Shown here piece after piece: positions 12,910 through 27,486 of a stretch of 64,000 nt of DNA (positions within the stretch are counted from its first letter, which is position 1; every line of letters starts with the position of its first letter). The translations under genes were made by a program, and so were the position numbers. The notes below the pieces were generated by a model. That model was not told where the DNA came from. It saw only the letters and a program-made list of their open reading frames with translations, and ran no database searches. Source of the stretch: Chrysomallon squamiferum (taxonomy: Eukaryota; Animalia; Mollusca); assembly GCA_012295275.1 (NCBI GenBank), contig CM022676.1, positions 2,108,001 to 2,172,000 on the forward strand, in the 5' to 3' direction.

Positions 12910-14871
12910 CATTATTTCAGTTTTTCAGATGTCGTTCTACTCATTCCTAACACATGAGAAAATTTTGATTGTTCCGTCCACCTGTGTAACGACAAGTTTT
13001 TCTGCTTTGTAGAAATTTATTGCACATGGTTTGTCTACAGGTAAATCCTCGCTTGCTATCACTTTTATGAACGACCCTGACGGAGAAAGAAGATGTATTT
13101 TATTTGTGTCTCTATCAACCAATAGAATATATCCTTTAGGGTCACATGTCACTCCAAGAGGACACTCCAAAGCCTCGGTTTCTCTCGGCTTGTAAGTAAA
13201 CTGCTTTTCGCCTTCTGACGTCACGGCTAAAAGACATCTTCGGCTGCTGTCGGAAATCAGAATTGTTCCTCGGTTCGTATCGTGGATGTATATTGGTCTG
13301 GACAGAACGGCTTTCTCGGATTTCTGCGTATAGAGAGTGCGCAGAAAGTGTCCTTTCTGGGAGATGATGTCAATGCTGTCGCAGTTGTTTGTACTAACAA
13401 TCAGCAAACCATCATCCGTGCTGGTGACAAAAGAGTACTGCTTCGCCGTTCTCGACTTCGACAAAACTCGCAAGGTTCCGTGAAGTGACAAGAACAGCAA
13501 CTCTTTCTTGTTCATGACCGACACGACAATTTTACTGCCCGACACGATTGCAAGCCGGGAAGGCACTTCCGGTATGTCCACCCTGGTAAGAAGCTTGCCG
13601 TCGCTGTTGAACTTTTTCAGCGACTTGTTGTCTCGGTCGGTGAGAATGACGTCGTCGTTAGCCAGGATGACGGCGTCGGTAAGCAGTGGAGGCGTCGTGT
13701 CGTCGCGGGTGCTGCCGTGATACGACAACATCAGCTTGAAGCTGTAGTCCCAAACCTCGTCTTTTATCACGTCATTCTTTCCTTGTGTTTCAGTACACGA
13801 ACCGTTCTGTCCGTAACAGACGTTGACGTCTCCAAGGGAGACAAATCTGTCCAGTAGTTTCTCGTTGGGCGTGAAGCTGATGTGTATTTTATTCGAACTG
13901 CTGTAGATGCTGGTCAGGTCCTTCTCGTACAAATCCACTCGCTTTTCAATCTGAGGCAGATCTTCGAGTATCTCACCCTCGGCTCCCTCACTCAGAGCAC
14001 ACTCGAACGCATCCAGTGAATGATTGAGGCACGACAGCCCGTGCAAATCGTGTGCTTGCTGCTCATTCAGTTTCTCAACCTCTCTGCCGTACACATCTTC
14101 AAGTTCGTCTAACAGAATCCGTTCCTGCGCGTAGATCGAGTTAACGAGTTCCTGTCGGAAAGCTGCTATTTCCTCCACGACCTGGTTCTTCTCTTGCTGG
14201 ATTTCCATCTTCTGCTGCTCTTTCATTTTCAGCTGATTTTGCAAATTCAGCGACAGAACAGTCATTCGTCCATGAATGTCATCTAACTGTTTCCTTTTTT
14301 CTTCAATCGCCTCCTCTAACGAACTATGACCTTTGCATCTTTTATGCAACGTTTTCAAACACTTGTCACATACAGGTGTATGACAGGTCTTGCAAAACAT
14401 ACTGGCTTCGTTTTGTTGGTGAAACGCACACATCAGACGAAATGTTACACTCTCTTTGCGTTTTGGTGCTTCTGAACTTGTATCATCCTCACCACGTGGT
14501 TTGTCATGCCTTTCTTCTTCTTCACTATCTTCACCATTCTCGCTCATCGCTTCTGAAAAGTTCATTTTGCTGTCCTTATCCGTTCCATTCTCAGAATTTA
14601 TCTTTTCGCTCTCTCTTTGTTCTTCCTCTTTCTTCTGCTGTAGATATAATTTGGCGAACGTACATCTTCTATAGGGCTGTGCCGATTTATCACTCACTAT
14701 GGAAAAACTACATACAGGACACTCGAACTGAGGTTTTGACCTTGAACTCTGCCGCTGCACGCAGTTCATACAGAGAATGTGGAGACAAGGAAGAATCTGG
14801 GGATCGTACAGGTCCTCGTGACACACAGCACATCTTTTGATGACGTCATCAGGACTTAATGTATCAGACAT
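12628..14871 (-). CDS. TRIM/RBCC-NHL E3 ubiquitin ligase (RING, B-box, coiled coil, NHL-like beta-propeller). Main exon starts at ATG 14871; ends either at TAG 12937 (644 aa) or via a splice 12952->12681 to TGA 12628 (657 aa)
   Basis: RING CAVC..PCLHILCMNC..CPVC; B-box CAFH..FCKTCHTPVCDKC..H; Gln/Glu-rich coiled coil; NHL-like repeats (ILISDS, PLGVTCDPKGYILLVD). Acceptor tttcag lies 11 nt upstream of the ATG. The candidate last exon has a tttcag acceptor, in-frame LKNVFSAEATNGSNLGN* and AATAAA at 12560..12555. Confidence 0.92.
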
Positions 14872-15666
14872 AGTACAGATTACTGAAAGAAGAAAACATA
14901 AAAATGTCCGATACTGTTTCCATAGTGTATATTTTGTAGATAGATGTCTGTATGTGTGTGTGAATGCATGTGTGTATGTGTATGTTTTTATCTCAGCAGA
15001 CTTTAGAAGTATGTGGTGATCTGTATATAGAAAAGAAATTCCCCCCCAAAAAAATAAATAATTAAAAAATGAATCCAATCACACACACACTCACACACTC
15101 ACACACACACACACACACACACACATGTATAATATGCACGTTATTTAAATACACGATATGTTTTATCAGAAACAAACAATATTTTCTTCATACACAAAAT
15201 ATTTAAACTATTTGTCTTTAAACGTCTGTTTTTTTTTATTTAAATAAGCAACAAACAAAGATCGCGGATCCATTCTAATAATATTGTGGCTTTTGGGTGA
15301 CACTATCTTAAAGTATAACTTTATTTGATGAAAAGAAGACCTAATCTAAATACATAGTATTTGCAACTTATGTTTTGTTTGTATTTTTGCACTTCAAATT
15401 TAATTAATAAAGAAGTATAAAAATAAAAGAGACTAGTCAACATTTATCTGTCCAGCGTCATATTTTTTACTGCTGTGACGTCAGAGTTTTTATATCTAAC
15501 GTTTCTTGAAGTATAGTCGTAATAAAATACACCTATCTGTCAGTCACGTACGTAATGACGTCACAACTCCTTTCTTAAAAATATAAAATGCTTGCGTTCA
15601 GAGTTTTCATTATTTTATTGTAATACTTTCTTATTAATGATGAAAACATTATAATATAATATGGAA

Positions 15667-15726
<60 letters not shown>

Positions 15727-16264
15727 TTAAATTATTTATCTATTTGCTATCGTGAGAATTGCACTTTAAGTGCAGTTTAAAAAAGAATAAAACGGCATCA
15801 ATTTCAACACCGTACGTACAATAAGAGAATGTTTAGAAGACATGTTAGATTATATCAGATTATTGTTATAAAAGATATAACAAGAAATGAAATATCAATT
15901 ATCTCTAAACAAATGTTAGCGATGGCATAGAAAATATATGTATGTATGTTTGTATGTATGAGTGTGTGTGTGTGTGTGTGTATATATATAAAAGCATGTA
16001 TGTATACCCTTCTATATATCTGTCTACGTACGCACACACACACATACATACATACACACATACATACATACATATAAACATACAGACATATATTCACATA
16101 ATCCTCAGAATATAGCTTTGATTTGTTACAATTATAATTACAAGTTGTAATTTTTCTTATGTTAAAATTAATTATCTCAGACACAGTGACTCATATTCAC
16201 GGACATACTCAAATTTACACACAAAAACACACAACACACACGCAATAAATATATATATATGCTT

Positions 16265-16303
<39 letters not shown>

Positions 16304-17511
16304 CTCAAGGAAAAAGCTGACAAGATGGCATATCAGTGCTTCGTACACAATTATTCGTTTGAACCCAATCGAAGATCTGCTCTACATTACAAAAGAGGGT
16401 TAATAGTTTACGTACTATTATACTACTTTTAGACAGCTGAACCAGAGTTATTACGTAATTTAGAACAGTTTTAAAACAGTTGAAAATGTGTCGCTTTAAA
16501 AGTGACTGTGAAAACGTAAAATAATTAAAATAAATTAAAAGTAGATTACCTTAACACGAGCAGAACGTGCGAATTCGACCAGCTAGGAGGAGGTAAACGA
16601 AACAGCCACACAAAGACGTTATATCAAACACATCTGACATTCGTGTGGAATAAACGCGATATTAAACGGATGAAATACTTGATATGTTGTTATCTGAAAA
16701 TTAATTCAGGGTAGATACCCCACGATACAAGCTTTTGTAACAACAGCCTTGTCGTGAAATCTAACCGCCTTATTCGCGTCCACCTGCGGAGTGTCAAAGG
16801 GTCGTTACCCGGGGCAACGAGCACTCAGACTGGTTTTGTAAACTTGCTATGTTCAACGTGTTTATCAGTGTCGCTTGCTGAGCAATAGTCGAACAGAAAC
16901 ACAATGGAACGAATTTACAAAGTGTACTTGTTTTGTTTTTTTTGTTGTTTTTTTTAACGCAGTTGATTAACGGGATTAGTGAAGGATAGGCGACCATTCA
17001 AAGAAAAAAAAAAAAAAATAATAATGAATAAATAAAATAAATAGATAAGAAGAAATATTACAAAAGAAATCAAAATAAATCCTACACAATCAAAGCTGTT
17101 GACATGTTTAAGCAGGTTATTAGGTTCAGCTACGTGAATATACGCAGAACAGGTGTGTGTGCGGGGGGGGGGCGAAACTAAAATCTGGTTAACAGAGTCC
17201 AAGTTCGTGTAAACATTTTCAAAGTATTTGGTGATCATACAATTAATAATTATCATAATTTTTATTATATTTCTGTAAATTTTCTTTTGTCCTTATTAAC
17301 TTTTTACTTTATTTTTATTTCTTTATTTCTTTATTTCTTTTTTATACTGCCACAGAAATATTGTTATTAATTTTATAGAGATAAAATGAAAAAGGATGTG
17401 TGTGTGTGTGTGTGTGTGTGTGCGCGAGCGCGCGTCTGTGTAAATATATCAGTATCTATTTATATCTATCTCTGTATATCTGTCTCCCTTGCTATGTATA
17501 TATACACCCAC

Positions 17512-17725
<214 letters not shown>

Positions 17726-18624
17726 AGACTAGAAAAGTGTGAGAGAAAGAATGAGAAAATGCTTTACACAGTAATGATCAATATATTCCCGAGTACCAGA
17801 CGACTACGAAGCATGCTGATTAAAACTGTACCGCGGCTCAGATTGCCGATAACTGACTTAGAGCTGAGTTTCAAGTCGCGTCGCGTTTTTACAAAACAAA
17901 ATCTTACAGCTAAATATGTTGTTTTTGTAACCAAAGCTGTAGCTAAATTTATCCTGTATTATTCTCTTTTGTCATGGCTCACCGGCAAAATTAATACCAT
18001 TACAATGAAAACCTGAAACGTGAGTGCTCAGACACTTCGTACAGATGTCAAGTGTTTTATATAGCTGTATGTTTGTGTGTATGTGTCTGTATATGTATGT
18101 ATGTATGTGTGTGTTGTGCATATTTATGTACACGTGTCTGCGTATGTGTGCATGTATATGTCAGTGTATGTGTGCGTGTTTCTCGTGTATTTATATTTAT
18201 GTGGGTGTGTATGTAAATAATTAAATAAGATAAATAACAAAAATAAATATAAAAAAAAAAAATATGATGACATACCGAATATATCTTATTAGTTATTCAC
18301 ACAGACACACACACACACACACAGACACACACACACACACACACACAGACACACACACACGCACACGCACATATATAAAAGTTTTAACATAAACAAATTA
18401 TAACTTGTAACAATAATTATTACAAATCTACGTTATAGTCTGAGAATATGTGAATATATGTATATATGCATGTGTGAGCGTGCGTGCGTGCGTGCGTGCG
18501 TGTATAGACAGATAAACACATAATACATGCATGCATATATACACATACGCACACACTGACACGGTGGTATGTGTAATATGTATGTATGCATTTATATATG
18601 TCCATAGACACACACACACACACT

Positions 18625-18659
<35 letters not shown>

Positions 18660-19154
18660 GCATATATTTTCTATGCTATGGCTGATGTATGGAGGAAGAT
18701 ACATATAAAAATGTCCTTATTGCTAATTTATATTTCATCTCCTATTATATGTTACAACAATGATCTTACATATTAGGCTTGACATTCTTACTGCACGACA
18801 GTAATTTTAAATTCATGCTTTTCAAAGGTGTACTTAAAAAGTGCTTATAGTCAGAACAGTTTTGCTGAATTTGCATATTTAAAACTGAATGTTGATACAA
18901 AAAAAACGCATAATTTAAAAAAAAAATGAAGCTAAATCGACAAAGAACGTGGTGCATGAGGTCACTGCTCGGGTGAGGATCGTGTCAGTGTGTCAGGTCA
19001 CGACGTCTGCCTGACGGTAATACATCACCAATCTACGACTGAGCGTCGTTTTCGCAATACAAAGAAACCATTCTTTCCACACACACAACTGACTGTCTGT
19101 ACGTGTACATGTGTGTGTAAGTCGCCATCTGCCTCTGTACGAATCTGTCTTTTT

Positions 19155-19202
19155 GTCACGGAATTTAAAGTGATCTTCCTATTCGTGGCGTTAAACATGT
19201 AA
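19155..19202 (+). pseudogene. Inactivated duplicate of the signal-peptide exon of the downstream secreted-protein gene
   Basis: gtcACGgaatttaaagtgatcttcctattcgtggcg (TEFKVIFLFVALNM*) versus gtcATGgaatttaaactgatcttcctttttgtggcg (MEFKLIFLFVALIKL) at 20158. Confidence 0.75.
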
Positions 19203-19227
19203 AACAACCTGTTTTAATTTGCTCTAG

Positions 19228-19335
<108 letters not shown>

Positions 19336-19579
19336 ATTATATACATAATAATTTATATGACTATCGAACCAAAATTCCGGATATAGAGTTACATACATAA
19401 AGACATGCATATATATATATATGTGTGTGTGTGTTTCTAACATATATCTCTCTCTCTGTCTTTCTGTCACGTTATACGTACTTTTATCGGTTATAAACGT
19501 TTATGTACTTATTTGAAACAAAGCAAAATTAATACAATAGTGTGTATTATACATGTATAATATATTTATCATCAGCTTA

Positions 19580-19652
<73 letters not shown>

Positions 19653-20081
19653 TCTCACAAAGTAACTTATTCGAAATCAACTGAAATAATTTATGATGGT
19701 GCTTTGTTTTTGTTGCTCTTATTTTAAAAACAATTTATTTTACCTCTGTCATTTTCTTTGAAGTATACTATATCTTTGTCTACTTGGGAATCTCATAATA
19801 GAAATTTCTCTCTTTTTTCTTTATTTTTATACTTCAGAAACTTCACATCATTCTTCTGTTAGATTACTAATATATTTATTTTGCTCATTTCTCTTTTTTT
19901 TTTTTTTATTTTTAACGACATATTTCAAATTTTCATTAATTCATAGCTGAAGGGCGAAATTGAGTGAATGTTGTTTGCAGTTAATAATAATATTTTTCTC
20001 TGTCACTTTCTGTGCTCGTGTCATGAGCGATATATATTTTTTTGAAAGGTCTTCAAAAAAGGTTGACAGTGACTTGACGGG

Positions 20082-20089
20082 TATATATA
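20082..20089 (+). promoter_or_regulatory. Candidate TATA box of the secreted Gly/Ser/Met-rich protein gene
   Basis: TATATATA in a G-flanked context about 75 nt upstream of ATG 20161. Confidence 0.4.
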
Positions 20090-20160
20090 CGTTTGGGATG
20101 TGTCACTCTCTGTGTCTGAGTTTCAGCGTAGCAGTTCGTACATCCCAGTAGCCTGGTGTC

Positions 20161-20891
20161 ATGGAATTTAAACTGATCTTCCTTTTTGTGGCGCTTATCA
20201 AGCTTGGTACAAAACATTTACTTATATATTTTTTTCTATTATATAATTCTTACTCTTTTTTACATTCTTTTTTTTTTTTGGGGTCATAATTTTTTTTTTT
20301 CAAAATCAAAATTTAATTATATGTTGTCAGTTATTTAGTTTATTATTTATTTATTTTTTATGACATTTTATCAAGCCATACATTTTTTTCAACAATTTTA
20401 TTTCTTCTAATTTTTAAAAATTAGTTTGTATCTCTTTATAATATTTGTAATAGTATTAATAGTAATAACTGAAATAGAAGTATTGGTAACAATAACAGTA
20501 ATAGTAGCAGTATTAGTAGTAGTATTAGTAATAATGATAATAATAACCAACACAGAATTGTATGGTAACAATAAGTGGTAATAGTAGCAGCAGTAGTAGT
20601 AGTTGAGCAATGACTAGAAGAAGTAGTTGCAGACATAGTCATATACATTTTTGCATAGTAGTAGGTTATTTTGTTACAGACAATGTTTTCGCTTGGAGAA
20701 ATTCTAAGATTTATATAAATAAATAAATTAATTAAAAAATTAAATTAAAAAATAAATAAAACTAAATTTAATAAAATAGATAAAGTATTTGTAAAATGTA
20801 TAAAAAAGAAAATTGTTTTTAATTACATCAGCTATAAAATGAATAAAGTTTCCGAAAATGTGTACATAAACATTTTCTTAAGAAAACCTAA

Positions 20892-20923
<32 letters not shown>

Positions 20924-20938
20924 ATTATTATTCTTTAC

Positions 20939-20987
<49 letters not shown>

Positions 20988-22529
20988 TTCAGATGTCATC
21001 ACCGGGCAGGCAAGATCAGACCTAAACGCACTGTTTGGTGGACAAGGTATGGAATGTTTTAAACTGCAGTTAAATACCTTAAGTCTATAGTTATTTACTT
21101 ACTTATTTATTTATATAAGAAAATAACACATTTAAATTTATATTATTCAGCTTCATATATATTATTTCCGACTACGCAGATAATTTAATAAGAAACTCAC
21201 TTCTGTGATTCAATGCATTATGCTTTGTAAATTAGCAAAATAATCTGTTGTGTACATCTTCCGACAGATATTTTAGAAACGTATATCTGAAAATGTAGCT
21301 CGGTTAGAGGGTAAATATACAAATACTGGCATTGAGAGGGATCGATCCTGCGGTCTTTAGCATGTCAGTTTTAACCTGTTTACTTTATCTCGCTTCCTTG
21401 ACTGAGGCTGGTATGCGAATCAGAGAATTCTATGATAATGAGTCTTAGGTGTCGTCGATGTTTTTTAATAATCATCTTGATTGTCGTCAACCTTTACCAT
21501 CACGAGCAGCTCCAGTCTGACACTGACAGTGTTCAAGTCGCTCACTGTCACCGTCTGGGGAGAATTTTAGAACACGATGACAAAGATTAGTCAAATTCAA
21601 ATTGTAATTTATTATCGACTAATTTATTTTATATATCTACTGGATAAACAACACATGAACATGAGTACAATTTGAATTCTTTAGTAATTTTCAAACATAT
21701 TTTGTAATTATATACAAGAAATTACAAACAACTAAATTATTTATGGTTTGAATCGTAATTAAAGAAGGAATCGGTCACTGTAGAAGCAAGTATAACGTTA
21801 ATGTAAATTGTACTTTATGTTTTATATATTTATATATATATAAGCACAACACGTCGTTAATGACACAGACTACACATCATGATGACGTCACCAAAACAAG
21901 TGAAAAACGTTTCATACAATATCTCACTGCCAAGCGTTTATCAAAGCGAGGCCAACATTTCACGATCCCTCCTACGGCCTCCATGTTCATTATAAGGAAC
22001 CAGCGGCTTGTGTCGGCTCCTTCTTGTCGCTTTTTTGTTTTATTTTTTCTTACACCGACTCCAAGTTTCCCTTGTTGCCCGTGTATCTATTTACATTGCT
22101 GCGGACGCCAGTGAAAACTGCGGAGTCAAAGAACCAGAAAATGCAGACGAGACTGACAAATTTCAAAACTGTGTTTGTGACACAAGCTTTCATAACTTAG
22201 CCACTAACTGTAAAATTTAGAAACTGACGCTCTTCATAGCGTAGTTTTCATTGAACAAGTTTTACGGATCGTTAACCAGAAATTAATAGGCAGTTTATTT
22301 ACTTATATATATATATATATATATATTGTTTCTGAACTTAACATTTATCATCTGATATTCTTATACAGGATACAGTTGTATCTGTTATAAATACAGAGTA
22401 TTTATCACATCACTTCAAAGTACTAATTTAAACTCGTGTGACTTAGCACAATGTACGTGATACCAACAGGTAAACACTGGTCTGGAGTACAGCGTTAACA
22501 ATTTCACTATTTGTATATATATATATATA

Positions 22530-22626
<97 letters not shown>

Positions 22627-23142
22627 ACACTTCACGGATAGATATACTGTAGGTAGATAGATAGATATGTAAATAAACAGAGATAGACAGGCTGATGGAA
22701 TGATGGACGAATGTTAGTATTATTATGAGTTATTAGTTGAAATTCTTATCTACAAGACAAAAAATTTTCAAATCTTAACATACATACATATAGGCATACA
22801 TACACTGAACTTATATGTACAGTCATTCAATCAACGATAAAATAAATCAGTCAAGCAGTTAATGATTAGGTTCAAATATAAATACGAATGAGTCTGTGAT
22901 TCAAATTAAACAACTAAAACTTTAGATCTGTTTAACTGATAGTCACACTGAAGAAAAAAAGAAAAACGGATAGTTATACATTTTATATTATTTTTATATA
23001 ATTATTAATTTAATTTTTTCACTTGATGCTATATATATATATATATATATATATACAAGCATAAAATAAGAATATATATATTTGTAGATGTATTTATATA
23101 TGCATATCTGTCTATCTACTTAAATATATATTTATCAACTTG

Positions 23143-23180
<38 letters not shown>

Positions 23181-23560
23181 TCTATCTATCTGTCTAACAT
23201 GCACACACAGACATAAAGACACACGAAACACATATTAAAACATATAAACTTTACGGCCGGAAAACTTATCATATATATATTTTTAACTTCACCGTCACAG
23301 TCGAGATACTAACGTTTATATTTCTTATCGCGTGAGCAAATATCTATTTTTGAACATAAGAAACATGCAGGTACATAAATAACTGTTTTTCTACCTGTTA
23401 CGAAGATTAAAGGACTGACAGGTGTGTTGTCTTTGTATTTTATTGTACATGTTTCAGTACCGTGTGACTGTAATTACAGGATTAGGTGTGATAGATTAAT
23501 GGCTAAAAATGGCATGAAAAGTGCATAAAAATAATATTACAGTCAGCAGAGGAAAGTGCT

Positions 23561-23609
<49 letters not shown>

Positions 23610-24090
23610 TTTAAAGAGAGAAAGAGAAGGAAAGAGAGAGAGCCTAGTTTATACTTGATAAATGGATAAATGAATGAATGAATGATAAAATGATAGAACG
23701 ACGAATAATGGAATGAATGAATAAGTACTGAAATAATGAGTGAATAATAACTAAATAAATGATATTGTGATATAATTTATAAATGAATAATTGAATGAAT
23801 GAAAAACTGAACGGACGAATGATGGGCGAATGAATGAACGAAAGAATAAAGAAAACACACAATGAGAACTCCTTAGAATGTTCAGCGTTCAGTGATAACA
23901 GTACCTGGCTGCGGATGTTTCTGTGTCTATGTGTTTTGTTTTAACCAGTTTTCAGATAACGTGTAGTTCATTCGGTTGGTCGGTTATATCTCTTATTAAC
24001 ACATATTATTTCCATTATTTCTTATACGTCTAGCAAATTGGTGGAAATGGAAGTAGTAGCTGTTGTAATAGTAGTAATAATGAAATGTTA

Positions 24091-24167
<77 letters not shown>

Positions 24168-25115
24168 TTTATTTTTATTATTATTTTATTTATTTATTTA
24201 TTTATTTGTTTATTTATTTATTTATCATCAGTACCTTTGTAGTCGTTATCATCATCATTATTATCAGTTCTCCCTATCTTTATTTTCCGGTCCAACAACA
24301 ATAACTCAAAATTTGTGTCATAAAGGGTGCCCTCATACATTTGTTGTGACAGATTATTTACCGGTAATCCTTTAGATTAACCTATGGGTCTTTCTGACGT
24401 TTACCATTTAATTTCGAGACATTACACAGCTGAATCTTTAGCACAATAATAATTCTGTTCGCTTGCTTGTTTGTTTGCAAGTAGTAGTGTTGTGAATAAT
24501 AGTTTATGTGCGTAACTAGCTTGAACTGTGGGATTAGATATTTTAATCTTTGTTTGTTTCTTTCCCTCTTTCAATTAAAATTAATAAACATATTTTTTTC
24601 TCTGTCTCTGTCTTTAGGTATGGGATCTTCAACCGGTCTGAGTTCTCTCTTTGGTACCGGAGGAGCTCCTTCTTCCGGTTTGAGTTCCCTCTTCGGTTCC
24701 GGAGCATCTTCCGGTATGAGTTCCCTCTTCGGTTCCGGAGCATCTCCTTCTTCCGGTATGAGTTCGCTATTCGGAGCCGGAACACCATCAGCTTCCGGTT
24801 TGGGCTCGCCCTTCGGAGGTGGAGGAGTCGGCGGTTTGGTTTCTGGAATGGGAAAAATGATCGGAGCTCAGTTGATGATCGACAGAAAGAGGAAGCTGTT
24901 CAAGCGGTACATAGAGCTGTATGAAAACGAGGGATGCGTCGACCCGTTCGACAAACTGCCGGCCACGTGGCGCGCGATGGCCGCGAGGAACCTCGTCAAC
25001 GGCTGCGGCAACCCACAGGCCAACTTCACGTGCCAGCTGGTACGACGTGCACAGTTTTTCAATTAATATAATTTTACTGTTAATCCAATATTTTTAATTC
25101 AGAAAAAAGGGGCTT

Positions 25116-25146
<31 letters not shown>

Positions 25147-25886
25147 TAATAATAATAAAAACAAAACATTAACAACACTGTCAATAACAGTTAAAATAAA
25201 AATACAACAATAACAAACCAACAATGATGGTGATAATGAAAATTTAAAAAGTAATAAATGATAATAATATTAATGAGAGTAATAATAATAATAATAAGAA
25301 GAAGAAGAAGAAGAAGAAGAACACAAAAGGATAATTATAATTGTTTTTACTTTGTTGTTGTTGTTGTTGTTGTTGTTGTTCTTGCTAATTAACTCAGAAT
25401 AACAAAATAAACGCTTACACTTTTCTGACAGGTTCAGTACAAAGTCGTCAAGCCTCGAATGATGATGATGCAGAATCAACTGAGAAACTCTCCCATTACT
25501 CAAGGACTCTCCCAGGCGAGCGCATGGAAAGCTCTCTCAGCGTTTGGGCTGCAAGGCGGCGGCATGTCTGGCATTCTCAAGATGATGGTCTTAGGCAGTG
25601 GTACCGGTCCACTCGCTTCGTCAATTGCCGGAATTACGGAAATGGCCGAACGACAAGGAGAAATACGACAACGGCTACTTCCACTCCAGTGTCAGGATAT
25701 TCGTCATCAGATGATGCCATCTTTAACACTGTCTATATGCTGTCCTGGGCAGGGTAATTTCTTTCTTCTTCTTCTTCTTCTTCTTCTTCTTCTTCTTCTT
25801 CTCTGTCTCTCTCTCTGTCTCTGTCTATCTCTATCTCTGTCTATATATCTATGTAGCTTTCTCTCTTTTTATTTCGTTAATTAATT

Positions 25887-25955
<69 letters not shown>

Positions 25956-26134
25956 TTATAGTGAAATCGAAAACTCTTACTTATTTTATTAAATGTTAAT
26001 AAATGTTAATCTATTATTAATATTAATCTTATTATACAAACATTATTATTATTATTTAATTTGTTTTGTTTTCAGTTACAATTCCTGACTCTATCCAGTT
26101 TATGGCTATGCAAGGTCAACTTCGCGGACTATAA
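20161..26134 (+). CDS. Secreted Gly/Ser/Met-rich protein with a 6-Cys C-terminal region (shell-matrix or extracellular structural protein candidate); join(20161..20206,20993..21046,24618..25039,25432..25753,26076..26134), 300 aa
   Basis: Five exons with GT-AG sites and compatible phases (1,1,0,1) give one 903-nt ORF: signal MEFKLIFLFVALIKLDVITG, repeats SSG(L/M)SSLFGSGA, then GCVDPF..GCGNPQANFTC..PRMMMMQ..QCQ..SICCPG..MAMQGQLRGL*. Confidence 0.82.
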
Positions 26135-27109
26135 ATTAAACTTTGACATCAATAAACTCTCTACTGCTTCCTTCAGACATTACTTTCTCTTTTCTTAGTA
26201 ATATATCTTATCTATCCCATTTTACAGTCATTTCTTTTTTTTTCCTGTGCTCATTTGTACACACACACAGACAGCCACACACACACGCACATATACACAC
26301 ACACACACATACACACACACACGCATAGACCCACACCTACCCTCACAGACCGAGGACAGACAATCCCCTCACGCCAATCTTCTGTCAGATAAAATCGTAC
26401 ATTTGCGTGACTTCGGTTAACCCAAGGAAGTAATACACTAATAATAGCTATAGAGCAGAGAACCAACGGAAAAAACTATTTTGCTACGTATATGTCACGA
26501 GCTAAATATAGTGACATATCCTTTGTGTAAAAGTTCTCTTTGTGCAAAAATATATATGTCAAATCAAAACAGTCAGTTAAATAATCTTCAGCTAATCATG
26601 TTTATATAATGACACTCGAGTTTTTTCTTAAACACGTAGAAAAAGATAACAAACCATTGTACGAATTTATTTTCGTTAGTTATTTATTTGTTTACAGGCT
26701 TCAGTTATATATATACGTATAATTTTAAGAAAAGGCTTTCTACTAATATATATGTATATACGCAGTAACACCCCACATTACGTCATTTCGAATGACGTCG
26801 AATTTGCCTCTACGCCATTTTTCTAGTTTCAGTCATGATTACGTGACTATATCCGACATTACGTCAGTCAGCAAAGTCACTTACGTCAGAATAGAAAGAC
26901 GTGAAATAAATGTTTCTTTAAAATATATATTTAAAATAAATAAAACACTCAACAATGAACAATACAAGAACAATAATGAACAATACTCTTTAAATTCTTT
27001 AAAACCTTAACATAAGTTGTATTCTTCCAGGTATTGTTTGTTGTCATGCATAGATAAATAACATACATTTCAAAAGAATAAAATTTGAGTAAAATGTGTT
27101 ACTTATTAC

Positions 27110-27159
<50 letters not shown>

Positions 27160-27434
27160 GAATTCTTTAAGATTTAGCGATAGTTTTAGTTTTCTCGAGT
27201 CATTTACATTTCTTTGTTTTTACGGTGTTCGTCATCATTTTAAGGGTTTTTTACGTCAAAAACTAAGTTACGTCACGGTTTTTGGAGATAATAACAGAGG
27301 GTGTGGTATTACTTTACATGAAACAATTATACTACTACTCAGTCACTTTAGAAGTCACATAGTACTGCGTAGTCGGAATATTTTAATTTTTTATTATTTA
27401 TTTACTTCTGTTATTGTTGTTGTTGTTGTTGTTG

Positions 27435-27486
<52 letters not shown>

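Noticed and set aside
14872-15078. N-terminal 69 aa of the 713-aa ORF
   Set aside because: Intronic microsatellite-like sequence upstream of a good acceptor at 14883; the real start is probably ATG 14871.
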